Shown here: positions 53,574-63,700 of the stretch, piece after piece | How the letters are laid out: every line of letters begins with the position of its first letter | Numbering within the stretch: the stretch's first letter is position 1 | Origin: Laetmonice hystrix | Taxonomy: Eukaryota | NCBI GenBank assembly: GCA_965235115.1 | Contig: OZ249436.1 | Location: 8,186,001-8,250,000 of the forward strand | Direction of reading: 5' to 3' | DNA: 64,000 nt | Translations under genes and position numbers: made by a program | Notes under the pieces: generated by a model | The model's database searches: none | Told to the model about the DNA's origin: nothing | What the model saw: the letters and a program-made list of their open reading frames with translations, nothing else

Positions 53574-54011
53574 TTTGCCACTCTCCGTTCGCTATCTTTT
53601 TTTACGAAGAGTTCCACTTCCGGCCACTGGACTTCACCGGAAGCGCATGGCCCATGGAGGATCTCCTTGGCTACTGTAAACACAATCGATCGGTTCCGTG
53701 GCACGCTTGCCAGGTATGTAATCCGAATGATAGGCTGGCCGACGATCTGTACTTCCAGCAAGGGTTGTTAAGGGAAGGCTACTTGAGCCCTAGACACGCA
53801 AAGCTGTCGATGACAGCTGTTCAGCCTGTTGCTATCTCGAATGCAACTGGTGTGAAGATCACGGCCTGACGGGGTGAAAGTCCGGTACTGCATGACCACA
53901 CAGCGAAACCGCATCTCTCCATCGGCATCGGTCTTGACTGGAGTGGAGAAGTGAAAAAAGATCTCTCGGATAGACTCAGGGGAAGTGCAGCCAAGTTTTA
54001 GCGGGCTTCAG
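53574..54011. promoter_or_regulatory. Bidirectional promoter for USE1 and the TEX45-like gene, plus probable non-coding first exon of the latter
   Basis: Head-to-head genes and a CpG-rich stretch. ETS-type CACTTCCGG/CCGGAAG at about 53614-53643, YY1-type AAAATGGCG over the USE1 ATG, X-box-like ATCTCCTTGGCTAC 53661-53674, forkhead GTAAACA 53676-53682, and a strong + strand donor CAG|gtaaga after 54011. Confidence 0.65.
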
Positions 54012-54327
54012 GTAAGAGCGTCACAGTTTTATTATTTCTCTAGTCTAGTAACTAAGACAGTAAGTTATTGATGGAAACTAGTTTAAAAAAGACTCAATGA
54101 TACCACAGTATATAGTTAACGCAAGTTGTTGGCTTTTTGATAGGGGGCTTATCATCATAAAGTCATCAATGTTTTTACAAGTTATGGTATGGTACTTTCT
54201 GTGGCATATCATCATTCATAACAAAACGAGTAAAGTAGACTAGTAGCCCTTCAATAAATTAATTTTACTACAAGTTTATTTACTAAGGAACTTTGACTAA
54301 TGATAGACTCAGTCTTTGGTTGAAGTG

Positions 54328-54599
54328 CATAGTTGCCAACATTGGAGAGTGAAAAGAGGTAGATGCTTTTCTGGTCTGCGGAGCAGGGCAGCGCGATGTG
54401 CCAAAGGCACATATTGGCATGCTCCCCCGGAAAAAAATTTGAAACTATGAAAATCAACTTATGAAAGTCAGGCTTGGCATGAGGTAAAAAAACCAAACTG
54501 ACAAAAGCGGTAGATTTTTAATTATCAGAAATCCGTAGGCGGTAGCAGAGCTTAAAAAGCGGTATTCTACCACCCAAAGCGGTAGAGTTGGCAACTATG
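54328..54599. mobile_element. Non-autonomous hAT-like MITE with 6 bp TSD
   Basis: Perfect 13 bp TIRs CATAGTTGCCAAC / GTTGGCAACTATG; direct repeat GAAGTG at 54322-54327 and 54600-54605. Confidence 0.8.
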
Positions 54600-54907
54600 G
54601 AAGTGTTGTTGATTTAAGTTTTCATAAGCAGCTATAGAGATCAGTGGAAGACTCAGAGGAAGTAGTGGAGAGATTCAGAGATTTAGATTATATTATATAA
54701 TTCAGCAGGGGTTCAAACTGTTGGTTCTTTTCTACATGTACGTGATTAGTACGGTATGTGGATACAGTAGATCAGGCCAGTTGTCAGGGCTTCTACAGCT
54801 ACGGTACTCTACACATTGTATATAAGAGCTGCTTCAGCTTGTAAATTTTCAGTAGCGGTATGATTTAAAATGTAAACCAAATCTGAAATAAATCAGTTTG
54901 GTAGCAA

Positions 54908-55081
54908 CATGGGCGTATGGGGACTCTTTGGTTAAGGGGGGCAGAGGGGTTGATTTGCCAGTAATATCTGTCTGATTTCTTTTCTTTTTGCTTTGCTGGA
55001 ACTTCCCCCACTATTTTGCCTGAATTTGGGAGGGCAGTTGCCCCCTGCCCCGCCCCCTCCGGCCCAGCACATACGCATATG
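54908..55081. mobile_element. Non-autonomous hAT MITE with 8 bp TSD
   Basis: Imperfect TIRs CATGGGCGTATG / CATACGCATATG; exact 8 bp TSD GGTAGCAA (54900-54907, 55082-55089). Confidence 0.8.
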
Positions 55082-55196
55082 GGTAGCAATCAGAGGGTAG
55101 CAATTTTGTATCATTATCGTTTAACTAATAAAATATTAATCCATTTTCAGCTGAAGAAAAGCATCTGATCAGACTAACATAGATATTGATGTCAAT

Positions 55197-55788
55197 ATGG
55201 CAACTGCAGGAATAACACGTTTCGCCCCATTGCCAGGAAGACAAAAACTGATGCCAAGTCACAAAGAAGGAACCGAATTTCTGGCAGCATCACATTTCAC
55301 CATCTCCCAAGATGCTGGTGTTACCAGTCCATCCCTTAAGAGCATCTTCAAGAAGGACTACACTCCGTGGCAAATATCTGGTCGGCCCCCAGCCTCTGTA
55401 CCACCTCAGCCAGCTGAGGTGCTTCACAAAGATGACCGCTTCTTTGCTGAAAAAGCCTCTGAGACAACCAAAGCATACAAGTTTCGTGCAACGAACTTGA
55501 TCCGACCAGACATGAGTGATGTATCTGCCAAGCTTCGTACAACCAACTTCAAGATGGACTGTGACGTATCAAAATTTGATTCATTCCATACGAGTCATAA
55601 CATGGATTTCTACCCGAAGGAGTTTCAGGGGGTGCCAAAGAGCATGCCCAAAGACAACCCTATGGAAAGCTTCATCCCACAAGGGGATCCTGAGAAGGCA
55701 CTCCACCCACTCTCTGATTACAGAGACAGGTTCCGAGGCCACGACGCCCTCACCACCAAACCAGACAGAGCACCCTCAATGCACCAAG
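55197..55788 (+). CDS. SAXO5: TEX45/SAXO5 (C19orf45)-like axonemal microtubule-binding repeat protein, coding exon 1 of 7
   Basis: Acceptor ttttcag|55151, ATG 55197, donor G|gtaagg. MATAG...EFLAASHF...SIFKKDY...TSHNMDF...FIPQGDPEK...SDYRDRF; the xFLxASHF start and [ST]xxxxx[DFY] Mn-type repeats are as I recall them in TEX45/SAXO5. Confidence 0.75.
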
Positions 55789-57555
55789 GTAAGGAACAAT
55801 CAATCAGGTTTGGTATTCTGACTTTTTTGTAGGTTCTCCTTCACCATATCCATCCAATGGATGATATTTATCTAATCATGCAAACATGCTACCTAAATGT
55901 CAATGTTGGCTTCATAAAGCTGAGATCTATACTCGCTGTCACACTGTGATGAATACACAAAACTTCTGCTCATACCATATCAAATCCTGGAGAACTGACT
56001 GAGCCAACCATTACCAATCATTTGGCTGACTACTCAGGCAATCCATGACTCAAGTTGAGAGACTAATCCACAGAGTGGTTGAATATTTCATGAGGTTTGA
56101 AAGGTTGGCTCTGCGCCACATGGCGCTGGCACCAATATCGCCTCTCTAGCCAATATTTCCTAGGATCAGGAGTTGTAGGACATGAATATATCTAAATGCC
56201 CCCATGCACGATATCATATGAGTGACCAGCAATGAGATGATGAAATCAGGCATTAGTAACAAGATGTTTGTGATCTGTTGGGGGCCAGCCAGGCACATCT
56301 TGTTGAGATTGTATGAACATCGGTCTTGTTTTCAGCCTCGTTACATATCTGATATCAGCAAACGTCGCTTTTTTTTTGCTGAGGAGAAAGGTAAAAGGTT
56401 TTTTAACATAATATTTTGTTGAATTTCAGAATTATCTTTTGAAACTCGGTAGCTGCTGTCAAGTGGAAGTTTATTTTATAGTTCTGTGAATTACTTTCAC
56501 AACTAGTACTTTAACTCCATAAAATACCCGACCTTGGGTTTCATGTTCGACTTTACACATTGGGGTCATCCCCCCCCCCCCCTGTTTGATAGCTTTGGTA
56601 CTGACCTATTATAGTTATTGATATTTTACTGGTTCAGATTCGTTGGATTAAAAATAACACATAATTAAGAAACCGTTGAGACTTGATTTCTACAGGTAGG
56701 TATCAATAGTTTGAATTATTGATATAATCAATGGGGTTTAGAGAGGAATACTTTTATGGCAAGATTTGATCGGATTTTCATTGAGAACCACTTGGCCGTG
56801 GAATAGAGTTAATAAAATGTATGGATCATAATAATGTTGATAGAACAAGCAAGGTAAAGCAGTTGTATTCCTCTGGTCAAAGTTCTGAAGGTTTTAAATC
56901 TTAAAATCTGTACTGAATACAGCAAAAAAGGAATTGAAGTATGAATCGTTTTTACATATTTGATTGTTAGGGCCTATTTCTAATAATGGTTGCTTTAATG
57001 GCTTTACAGGGCTATCAGGATTATTTTAAAGAAAATTCCATTTAAAACTTTCCTGTAGCCCTATTATTTTCATGTTTGTTCAAGTGTCAAACTGCTTTTG
57101 ACCCGCACAAATATTTGCTCTGGCTACCAGAAAGGTTAATTCTGCTGCCAATCCTACAAGTCGCCCATGACATCCATGGTCTTGAAATAGCATTGTTTTT
57201 ATCATTAAAACAAGTCATTTTTTTGTTCTACGGTGATGGTTAGTTGATATGTTACAATGGCTGCCTTGACGTTTTTGTCAAAACACTGGCTATAGTACTT
57301 ACGTTTCTGTTACGCAACATTTTTCTTTAGGTTTAGCATTTAAGAGATGAGCCGACCATTACTAAAGGTACTTAAGTTAAAGCCGGCATTTGATTTTTCC
57401 CCTGCCCTCTTTCCTACATGGAATGTGTCGAGTCCCCTGAAAATAATTTATCTAGGAGATAATCACAAAGCTCAGGCCTTGTGGTCACCAACTTCATGCC
57501 CCGCTGAACCCATTGTGAATTCTTGACACTGATGGCTCGCCATACGTTCCCCCAG

Positions 57556-57728
57556 TTGGACCACCCACGATCGTCGGGGACCAAAGACTTCACCACTTTG
57601 CCACAACCCAGAATGATATCTTCAAGGGCGCTTCCTTCCCACGCATCCGTTCCTTTCCAGCCCCGACTGGGTGCAATATCCCCCGGGGCGATCTCCTCAA
57701 GGAGGTTACCATGGAAACTGTCCACCAG
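57556..57728 (+). CDS. SAXO5: TEX45/SAXO5-like coding exon 2 of 7
   Basis: cccccag|..GPPTIVGDQRLHHFATTQNDIFKGASFPRIRSFPAPTGCNIPRGDLLKEVTMETVHQ|gtgagt; phase compatible and repeats the IPxGDxxK motif. Confidence 0.75.
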
Positions 57729-58399
57729 GTGAGTTTGATGCTTACTTCAATAAACCGAGCTTTCATTCCTAACGACAACCTGCACCACCATATTATGAGA
57801 TCAAAGATTGTAAGTATACTTCTGGTAATCTCCATCAAACGGTTGTTAAGTTAAAAAAAAGGATTAATTAAGTATCAATTAAAAAAGGTTGTTGCACAAA
57901 GTTGTGTAAATTACTATCATTACATAGATAACTGTGTGCCAGGACCCCAGAGGGGGTGTCTAATAATTGTCTAATTGTGTTGAATTGGATGACTTAATGA
58001 CCCGCCACACCGACATGGGCTTTGCTCCAGATGGGACACGCGTGCAGTTGTTATTGTACATAACAAACAAATGTATATCTATAGGATCAACAAAAAAATC
58101 CTGCTAAAAACACTTTGAAATCGCCTTTAGGCTTTAATAATATACCATATCTCGCGATATTTCCATTGTTCTAGTGACTTGATATTCAAGGAAAAAACTG
58201 GTTAAAATTAGTGGGGGGGGGGAGCACTGAAATTTTACTTCATATAATAAGATAAATTAGATAATGTGATAGTCAGCTAAAAATTTATCTCTTTTAGATC
58301 TATATTCTTTTTTTTTAATATTAGGATTCATTTTTGCACACCCTGTATGTGACCTTCATGATTATATTTCCATTCAATTATATATTTTTGGTCCTGTAG

Positions 58400-58559
58400 G
58401 CGTCATTTGGCGGCCATGACGCTGCGCGGAGGCCTTACAACAAGAATGACGTGATGAGTAAACTGGGCCAGACCAACTTCAAGACCCACGACGGCCATGG
58501 CTCCTTCGACACGTACATGAGCACGGCAGCTGAATGCTACCAGCCAACTAAAACTCAAC
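58400..58559 (+). CDS. SAXO5: TEX45/SAXO5-like coding exon 3 of 7
   Basis: ctgtag|ASFGGHDAARRPYNKNDVMSKLGQTNFKTHDGHGSFDTYMSTAAECYQPTKTQ|gtcagt; KLGQTNFK echoes KLRTTNFK of exon 1. Confidence 0.75.
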
Positions 58560-59004
58560 GTCAGTCCAACTTTTAATTTGTAACTGATCTTTGCCAAAAC
58601 GAGAGGTGATACTGACAGTGCCAGTGTTACTTTGCGTACTTCACGTTAAACTGGTGTCGCATCTTCCCGCCAGAGTATACGATGCTTGAAATGTTTGGCT
58701 GTACTTGTCCTAATGTAAATACCTGTTGGTATTCATCTACATGTATAACACTCTTACAGTGTCTGTCAAACTGTAGGATCCAATAATATAATAATAATAT
58801 AACCAAGAGGTTTTTTCCTTAGATTATTTCCTGTGTCTTTGAATTTGACCACTGCATTGAAGTAACCCAGTATAGTGATGGGTGTACCACCATAACATCA
58901 ATGGCAAATAGACCAGTATGCCCTTCATTCTATTGTTGATTTTGATTTGATTTGTTGGTTTTACAATTGATTAAGATTAGGGTTTCAAACGTTTCTAACC
59001 TCAG

Positions 59005-59123
59005 CAACTCGAAGTGGACCATCCAAGCATCGCAACCATAGTGATTTACCAGAGGGAGACCTCGACCCAAACCGCGCTACAGAGAGGGTATCAACGACAA
59101 CCAACCGGTTTTATCACTCGAAT
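59005..59123 (+). CDS. SAXO5: TEX45/SAXO5-like coding exon 4 of 7
   Basis: ctcag|..TRSGPSKHRNHSDLPEGDLDPNRATERVSTTTNRFYHSN|gtaagc. Confidence 0.72.
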
Positions 59124-59304
59124 GTAAGCAAACGTTACTCATGCTAGGTTAAAAAAACATAGTTCTACTTCTTTCCTGGCTATAGTCATGTGGAAGTATT
59201 GGTTTGGGTTGGGCTGCCTCTGGTACACTGCTGCCATCTGGTGATGTAACTGATGAACCAAAGAATCCTCCCACATATTACATTTACCGATATATCATAT
59301 TCAA

Positions 59305-59488
59305 ATTGGCTTGTATTTTGATTGTAGAAACCAAGTTATGGTGCACCTAACATAATGTCAGGAGCATTGGCTTGTATTTTGATTGTAGAAACCAAGTTAT
59401 GGTGCACCTAACATAATGTCAGGAGCATTGGCTTGTATTTTGATTGTAGAAACCAAGTTATGGTGCACCTAACATAATGTCAGGAGCA
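59305..59488. repeat. Exact 3 x 61 bp tandem repeat spanning an intron/exon boundary
   Basis: Unit ATTGGCTTGTATTTTGATTGTAG|AAACCAAGTTATGGTGCACCTAACATAATGTCAGGAGC; acceptor AGs end at 59327, 59388 and 59449. Confidence 0.97.
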
Positions 59489-59648
59489 GGCAAACGGACC
59501 AGAAGTAACGTTTCATTTGGTGAGCCTCAACACGGTGACATGTTGTACAATACAACCACCAGCTCTACTTTCAAACCTGTCCGAGCGCCTTACAAACTCC
59601 CCAGCGCCGACATGACTACCAAGAGCCACGTGCCCATGGATTATTATG
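59450..59648 (+). CDS. SAXO5: TEX45/SAXO5-like coding exon 5 of 7 (third of three tandem acceptors)
   Basis: ttgtag|KPSYGAPNIMSGAGKRTRSNVSFGEPQHGDMLYNTTTSSTFKPVRAPYKLPSADMTTKSHVPMDYY|gtgagc; only the third acceptor keeps the frame open. Confidence 0.72.
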
Positions 59649-59848
59649 GTGAGCCAATAACAAACTATGCAAAAAAAAGACAAAATCTTTTAAAATGAGA
59701 TTTTGTTCAGTATATCATAGAAAACGAATAGAAACGACAAAACATTAAATAAAGAATGCATAGGCACTAGGATCAGAGAAGAATTTTAACGAACTGAAAA
59801 ATGAATTCATTACAGTAAACTGTCGCATTATTGGTTGTTTCAATTCAG

Positions 59849-59937
59849 CTGGGAGGAGGGGCCAGACAACCACATCATCTGATTTTCAGGACCCGAAGCA
59901 AGGGAAGACGATTCCCAATCCTACAGCTCTTGAAAAT
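59849..59937 (+). CDS. SAXO5: TEX45/SAXO5-like coding exon 6 of 7
   Basis: attcag|..GRRGQTTTSSDFQDPKQGKTIPNPTALEN|gtaagc. Confidence 0.72.
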
Positions 59938-60346
59938 GTAAGCAACAATAACAAAAATGTGTTGGGAGATTCTGACAGAAAATAATAAGTTTAATATTGA
60001 ATGGTCATTGGAGAATCTCACTGGTTTATGTGTATTTGTCTCTGGATTCTAGTCACTTTAAAGCAATCCTAGGCAAACTTGTACACTTACTCCCTTACTT
60101 ATTTATTTTGGAATATCTGTCCGAATTCTCATCTCTATGAAGTTTGAACCTTAATTGAAACTATATTTCACTGTACATGGCCTAGATTTCTTTCTAAAGT
60201 ATAAAAGAGAACAGCATCTCTTACACAATATGAAATCCGATGCCTCAGCCTAGAAGCTGTGACCGTAGTTTGTATCCTAAATGATATTCCCCCCCCCCCA
60301 GTTTTGTATTATACCTAAGATTAATATTGTTTACCTATTGTTACAG

Positions 60347-60508
60347 TTGAAGAACTCGCACATCCATGCACCACTTGGTGAGAAACGTGCCTTTACTACC
60401 GAACATCTGGAGCAGTACATCCCTAAATCTTTGATCCGGGTGGCCATAGATAGCGGCCGACTCCAGCGAAGTACTGTACCCCTCGGCACCATGGACATCA
60501 ACCCGTGA
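60347..60508 (+). CDS. SAXO5: TEX45/SAXO5-like coding exon 7 of 7
   Basis: ttacag|LKNSHIHAPLGEKRAFTTEHLEQYIPKSLIRVAIDSGRLQRSTVPLGTMDINP*; total CDS 1494 nt, 497 aa; AATAAA at 60800-60805. Confidence 0.75.
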   Translation: MKNSHIHAPLGEKRAFTTEHLEQYIPKSLIRVAIDSGRLQRSTVPLGTMDINP

Positions 60509-62110
60509 ATACCTCCCCCAAACACTTCCCCACATCCCAGAGCATTTCATGAGAGCATTACAAACACGGACCAAACAAAACAAGGACAGGAAAGAACGGG
60601 TTCAATTTTTCATAAAGATGTTTGATACTCTGTTACCCTACCTGCGTGATACTGAAGTATATATGACACTACAAATGAAAGGTCTCAAAAAGATTAACGT
60701 ACTCCGATGTACTGGTAATTTATCTGTGATACGTACTGTTATTAATTGTCTGCCATGATGCATTTTAATTTTAGTGATCGTTTTTAACCGTGAATATCAA
60801 ATAAATTTACTTAATTGAAACGCCTAGCGCCTAGGATGAGTTGGATGCATTAAAGATTTGCTTACCTACATGTAATATTTATAGTCAATGTGTTGTTTAC
60901 GTCTCAGCCAAGAGTGAGCAGTTTTATTAACCGTGTTGATATTTGACATGTACCGTACTAGTCATTTCATGTGGTCACCGTAATAAGTAATGCTTTATGT
61001 GTAGATTATTTACTCCAAATAGGATGGCTTCAGTTGAAGCCCAAATCATAGGACGACATGCCTATGATTGTATGAAATCGTGTTTTAGTGACTTTTATAA
61101 ATAATACATATTGTGCTGCTGTGCCGATGCTAGTCCAACTGATGTTTTAACAATCGCATTAGTATTACATTGTCACCGAGTATTACAAGTACTGGTTGTG
61201 TGTTTTTACTTTAGCTCCAAATATACTAACTTTGGATCAAAGAAAGATATACTCCCTAAAAAGCATTTTGATGTACTTATTAATGTTTTCTTCCAGATAA
61301 TTCTATACTAGCTGCTTTACTTTCAGTGATGTACTGATAGCAGGAGATTCTTTCTGCCTTTTAGAAAGATCATCTGTACCATTATCTTGCCATAGCTAAA
61401 GATCTGTAATATAAAGATCTGGTGTTATACTCGTGCATCGCTGTGCAGTGGAAATTGGTGGATCTGATTCTGTTTAGATATTTTGTTTTGGGAAAATATA
61501 TTCCGTTTTTATTTGCGTTATTTTATTACCGGTATTATTTTTTAAATATATCACCTAATCGGAGTGGGGTGGAGGTGGAGGTGGGGTTGCGAACGGATGG
61601 GCCGGAAAATGGCGTGATCTGAAATGGAGTGGGGATGGAGGTAGGATATAGGCGAGAATGGGAGATGGCTCAGACTGGTAAACTTTAGGGATCTGAGGCC
61701 TCTGTGATAGCTTTTTGGCTTTAGCCTCTATATTCATGTCTGCAGCAACCCACAAACGTCTGAAAGAGAAAGACATAATAAAGGCATTACAAGTTGGTAT
61801 TTTGTGTATTTTGTCATGTGTTATTGCTCAGAAGCGATGTTAAAGTTCTAAAATTAGTTCAACCCGTTTACTAGTACGCGTGAAACACGGGAAACTTTAT
61901 ACCATGGCCGTATTTCACCTGATTCTGCAGTATACAAGCACTGATCATGGTATAAAACCTTGATCACCTGAATGTCTCTATTCTATGGAAAACAATCTAT
62001 TTCATACGTTTTCCCCACAAAAAGATTTATTTAAAAAAAATCAAAGCCCCCTGCCCAATTTCTTATCTTTGCGTTCTTCCCATCTGGACAGACCACATAC
62101 ATCACTTTTA

Positions 62111-62239
62111 GGGCCAAGATACACAGACCGATTTACGGCACCAATTTTGAGATATGGGCGATTTTTCTCCATAGGAAAACTAGAGAAAAATCGGCCGTAT
62201 CACAAAATCGGCCCTAAATCGATTTGTGTATCTGGGCCT
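62111..62239. mobile_element. Palindromic PIF/Harbinger-like MITE
   Basis: GGGCCAAGATACACAGACCGATTTA ... TAAATCGATTTGTGTATCTGGGCCT, almost wholly self-complementary, flanked by TTA on both sides (3 bp TWA TSD). Confidence 0.78.
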
Positions 62240-62921
62240 TTAGGAATCGCACAGGGGTACATGCAGGTACCGGTATTAAAGGCAGAGATTCTTTGCAGTT
62301 GCACCCCCCCACCCAGCCCAGCATGCAATGGTTCACTTTGGAAGGTCATCTGGTGGGCATAATTTGAACTAAAGTATCTCACTGAAAATTCCTACTCTTC
62401 ATGCAGTACCTAAAAAATAATGCCCTAACTTTCACCAGCTTGGGTTTTTTTTTAATTTTTATTTTTTTACGTTTACAAAATTAGTACATGTACATTATTT
62501 TATTTTAACCTATGATGGGCAGGATTATCAGAAGAGCTTTCACAATGCCACACAGAAAAGAAGAACACTTTTGCTTTCATTTTCACGTTTATTACAGTTC
62601 CACTTTTTGACTTTACTGAGAGGCCCGATGGATGTAACTTGTATTTACAAATTTCAGCACCAGTAGTGTTTGATAAAAATCATCACAACTCCCCAGTACA
62701 TGTACATATCAGCAACTATACAACTACCTTACCGTATTCAAACACTTCTGTGTCTAGTGCACATGTTCCTCGTTTTCTCATTGTTCCATTGTCCCACAGT
62801 CCCTTTCAAAATATCTTGTCCTTGAAGTTGAAGGCTGCTGCCAGTAATTGTTCACAAAACAAGGTTCTGGCTGAGGATGGTGGGAGGGTTAGCCCTGAAG
62901 ACCTTCTGGCCGTTTGTTTCC

Positions 62922-63126
62922 TCAATGTTTACGTTTCTCGTAGAGCCGATCATACATCGTCTTCCAGGGAGCGTGGGCGAAATATTCCGGCGGGGTGACT
63001 TCATTGAATCTGTTGGCCAGGTTGTGATAGACCGGGGTGCCATAGTATGTGCCAGTCTCCCAGCCTGGTACATCCTTCATCAGCTCGTTCTCATCATCAC
63101 GGTTCTTCCGTAATTGTGAAAGGAAC
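62922..63126 (-). CDS. NDUFA13: NADH:ubiquinone oxidoreductase subunit A13 (GRIM-19/B16.6), terminal exon; the rest of the gene lies beyond the window
   Basis: tttcag|..FLSQLRKNRDDENELMKDVPGWETGTYYGTPVYHN...EYFAHAPWK...*; matches the invertebrate B16.6 pattern LRRNRDEE.ELMK.VPGWEVGT.YG.PV. AATAAA on the minus strand at 62588-62593. Confidence 0.92.
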
Positions 63127-63289
63127 CTGAAACAGTGGTTTAATGATAAGGCTTCAAGAACATTGAGTGACGGGTGGTCTTCATCCATTATTTGTAGTAG
63201 ATGTTCATCTTTTCCAGATATGAATTGTCGAAAACGTCCCTGAACTTGATTGACCTCACAAGGTCACTCAATGTACAGGGAAATAGTAA

Positions 63290-63700
63290 CAAATGAAACT
63301 AATATGACTTCCTAACCTTAGTTTATGGAAAGGACATGGTTATCTTCAACACTTATATTTAATCTGAACACAAAATAAATTGGCACGCTTGTTGCCTCTC
63401 ATATGCCTTCTCTTGTCACCAAGTTTGAGAAATCCAGACAATATGTCAGCGTTATTGCTCCAAATGTCATTATCTGTAAATGTTTTGGAGGTACAGGCCA
63501 TTAAAATTTTCAAGGTCACAGGTCATGGGAAATGGCACCAAACGAAAGTTCATATATGAATTCCTATCTCTAAATAATAGTAACTATTGCGTTATCTTGC
63601 ACCGTTTTCAAGATATGTGCCAAAACAATAATATTTGAAGGTTCAATAAACAATTATGTCCACCATGTCCCCATATTTGCTCTTAAGAGAGGATATATAG
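63290..63700. mobile_element. Interspersed repeat, possibly Helitron/Helentron-associated non-autonomous element, in an NDUFA13 intron
   Basis: AAGGTCACAGGTCA..GGCACCAAACGAAAGTTCATATATGAATTCCTAT..AATAGTAACTAT..ATCTTGCACCGTTTTCAAGATAT resembles a widespread invertebrate repeat core as I recall it; boundaries uncertain. Confidence 0.4.
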
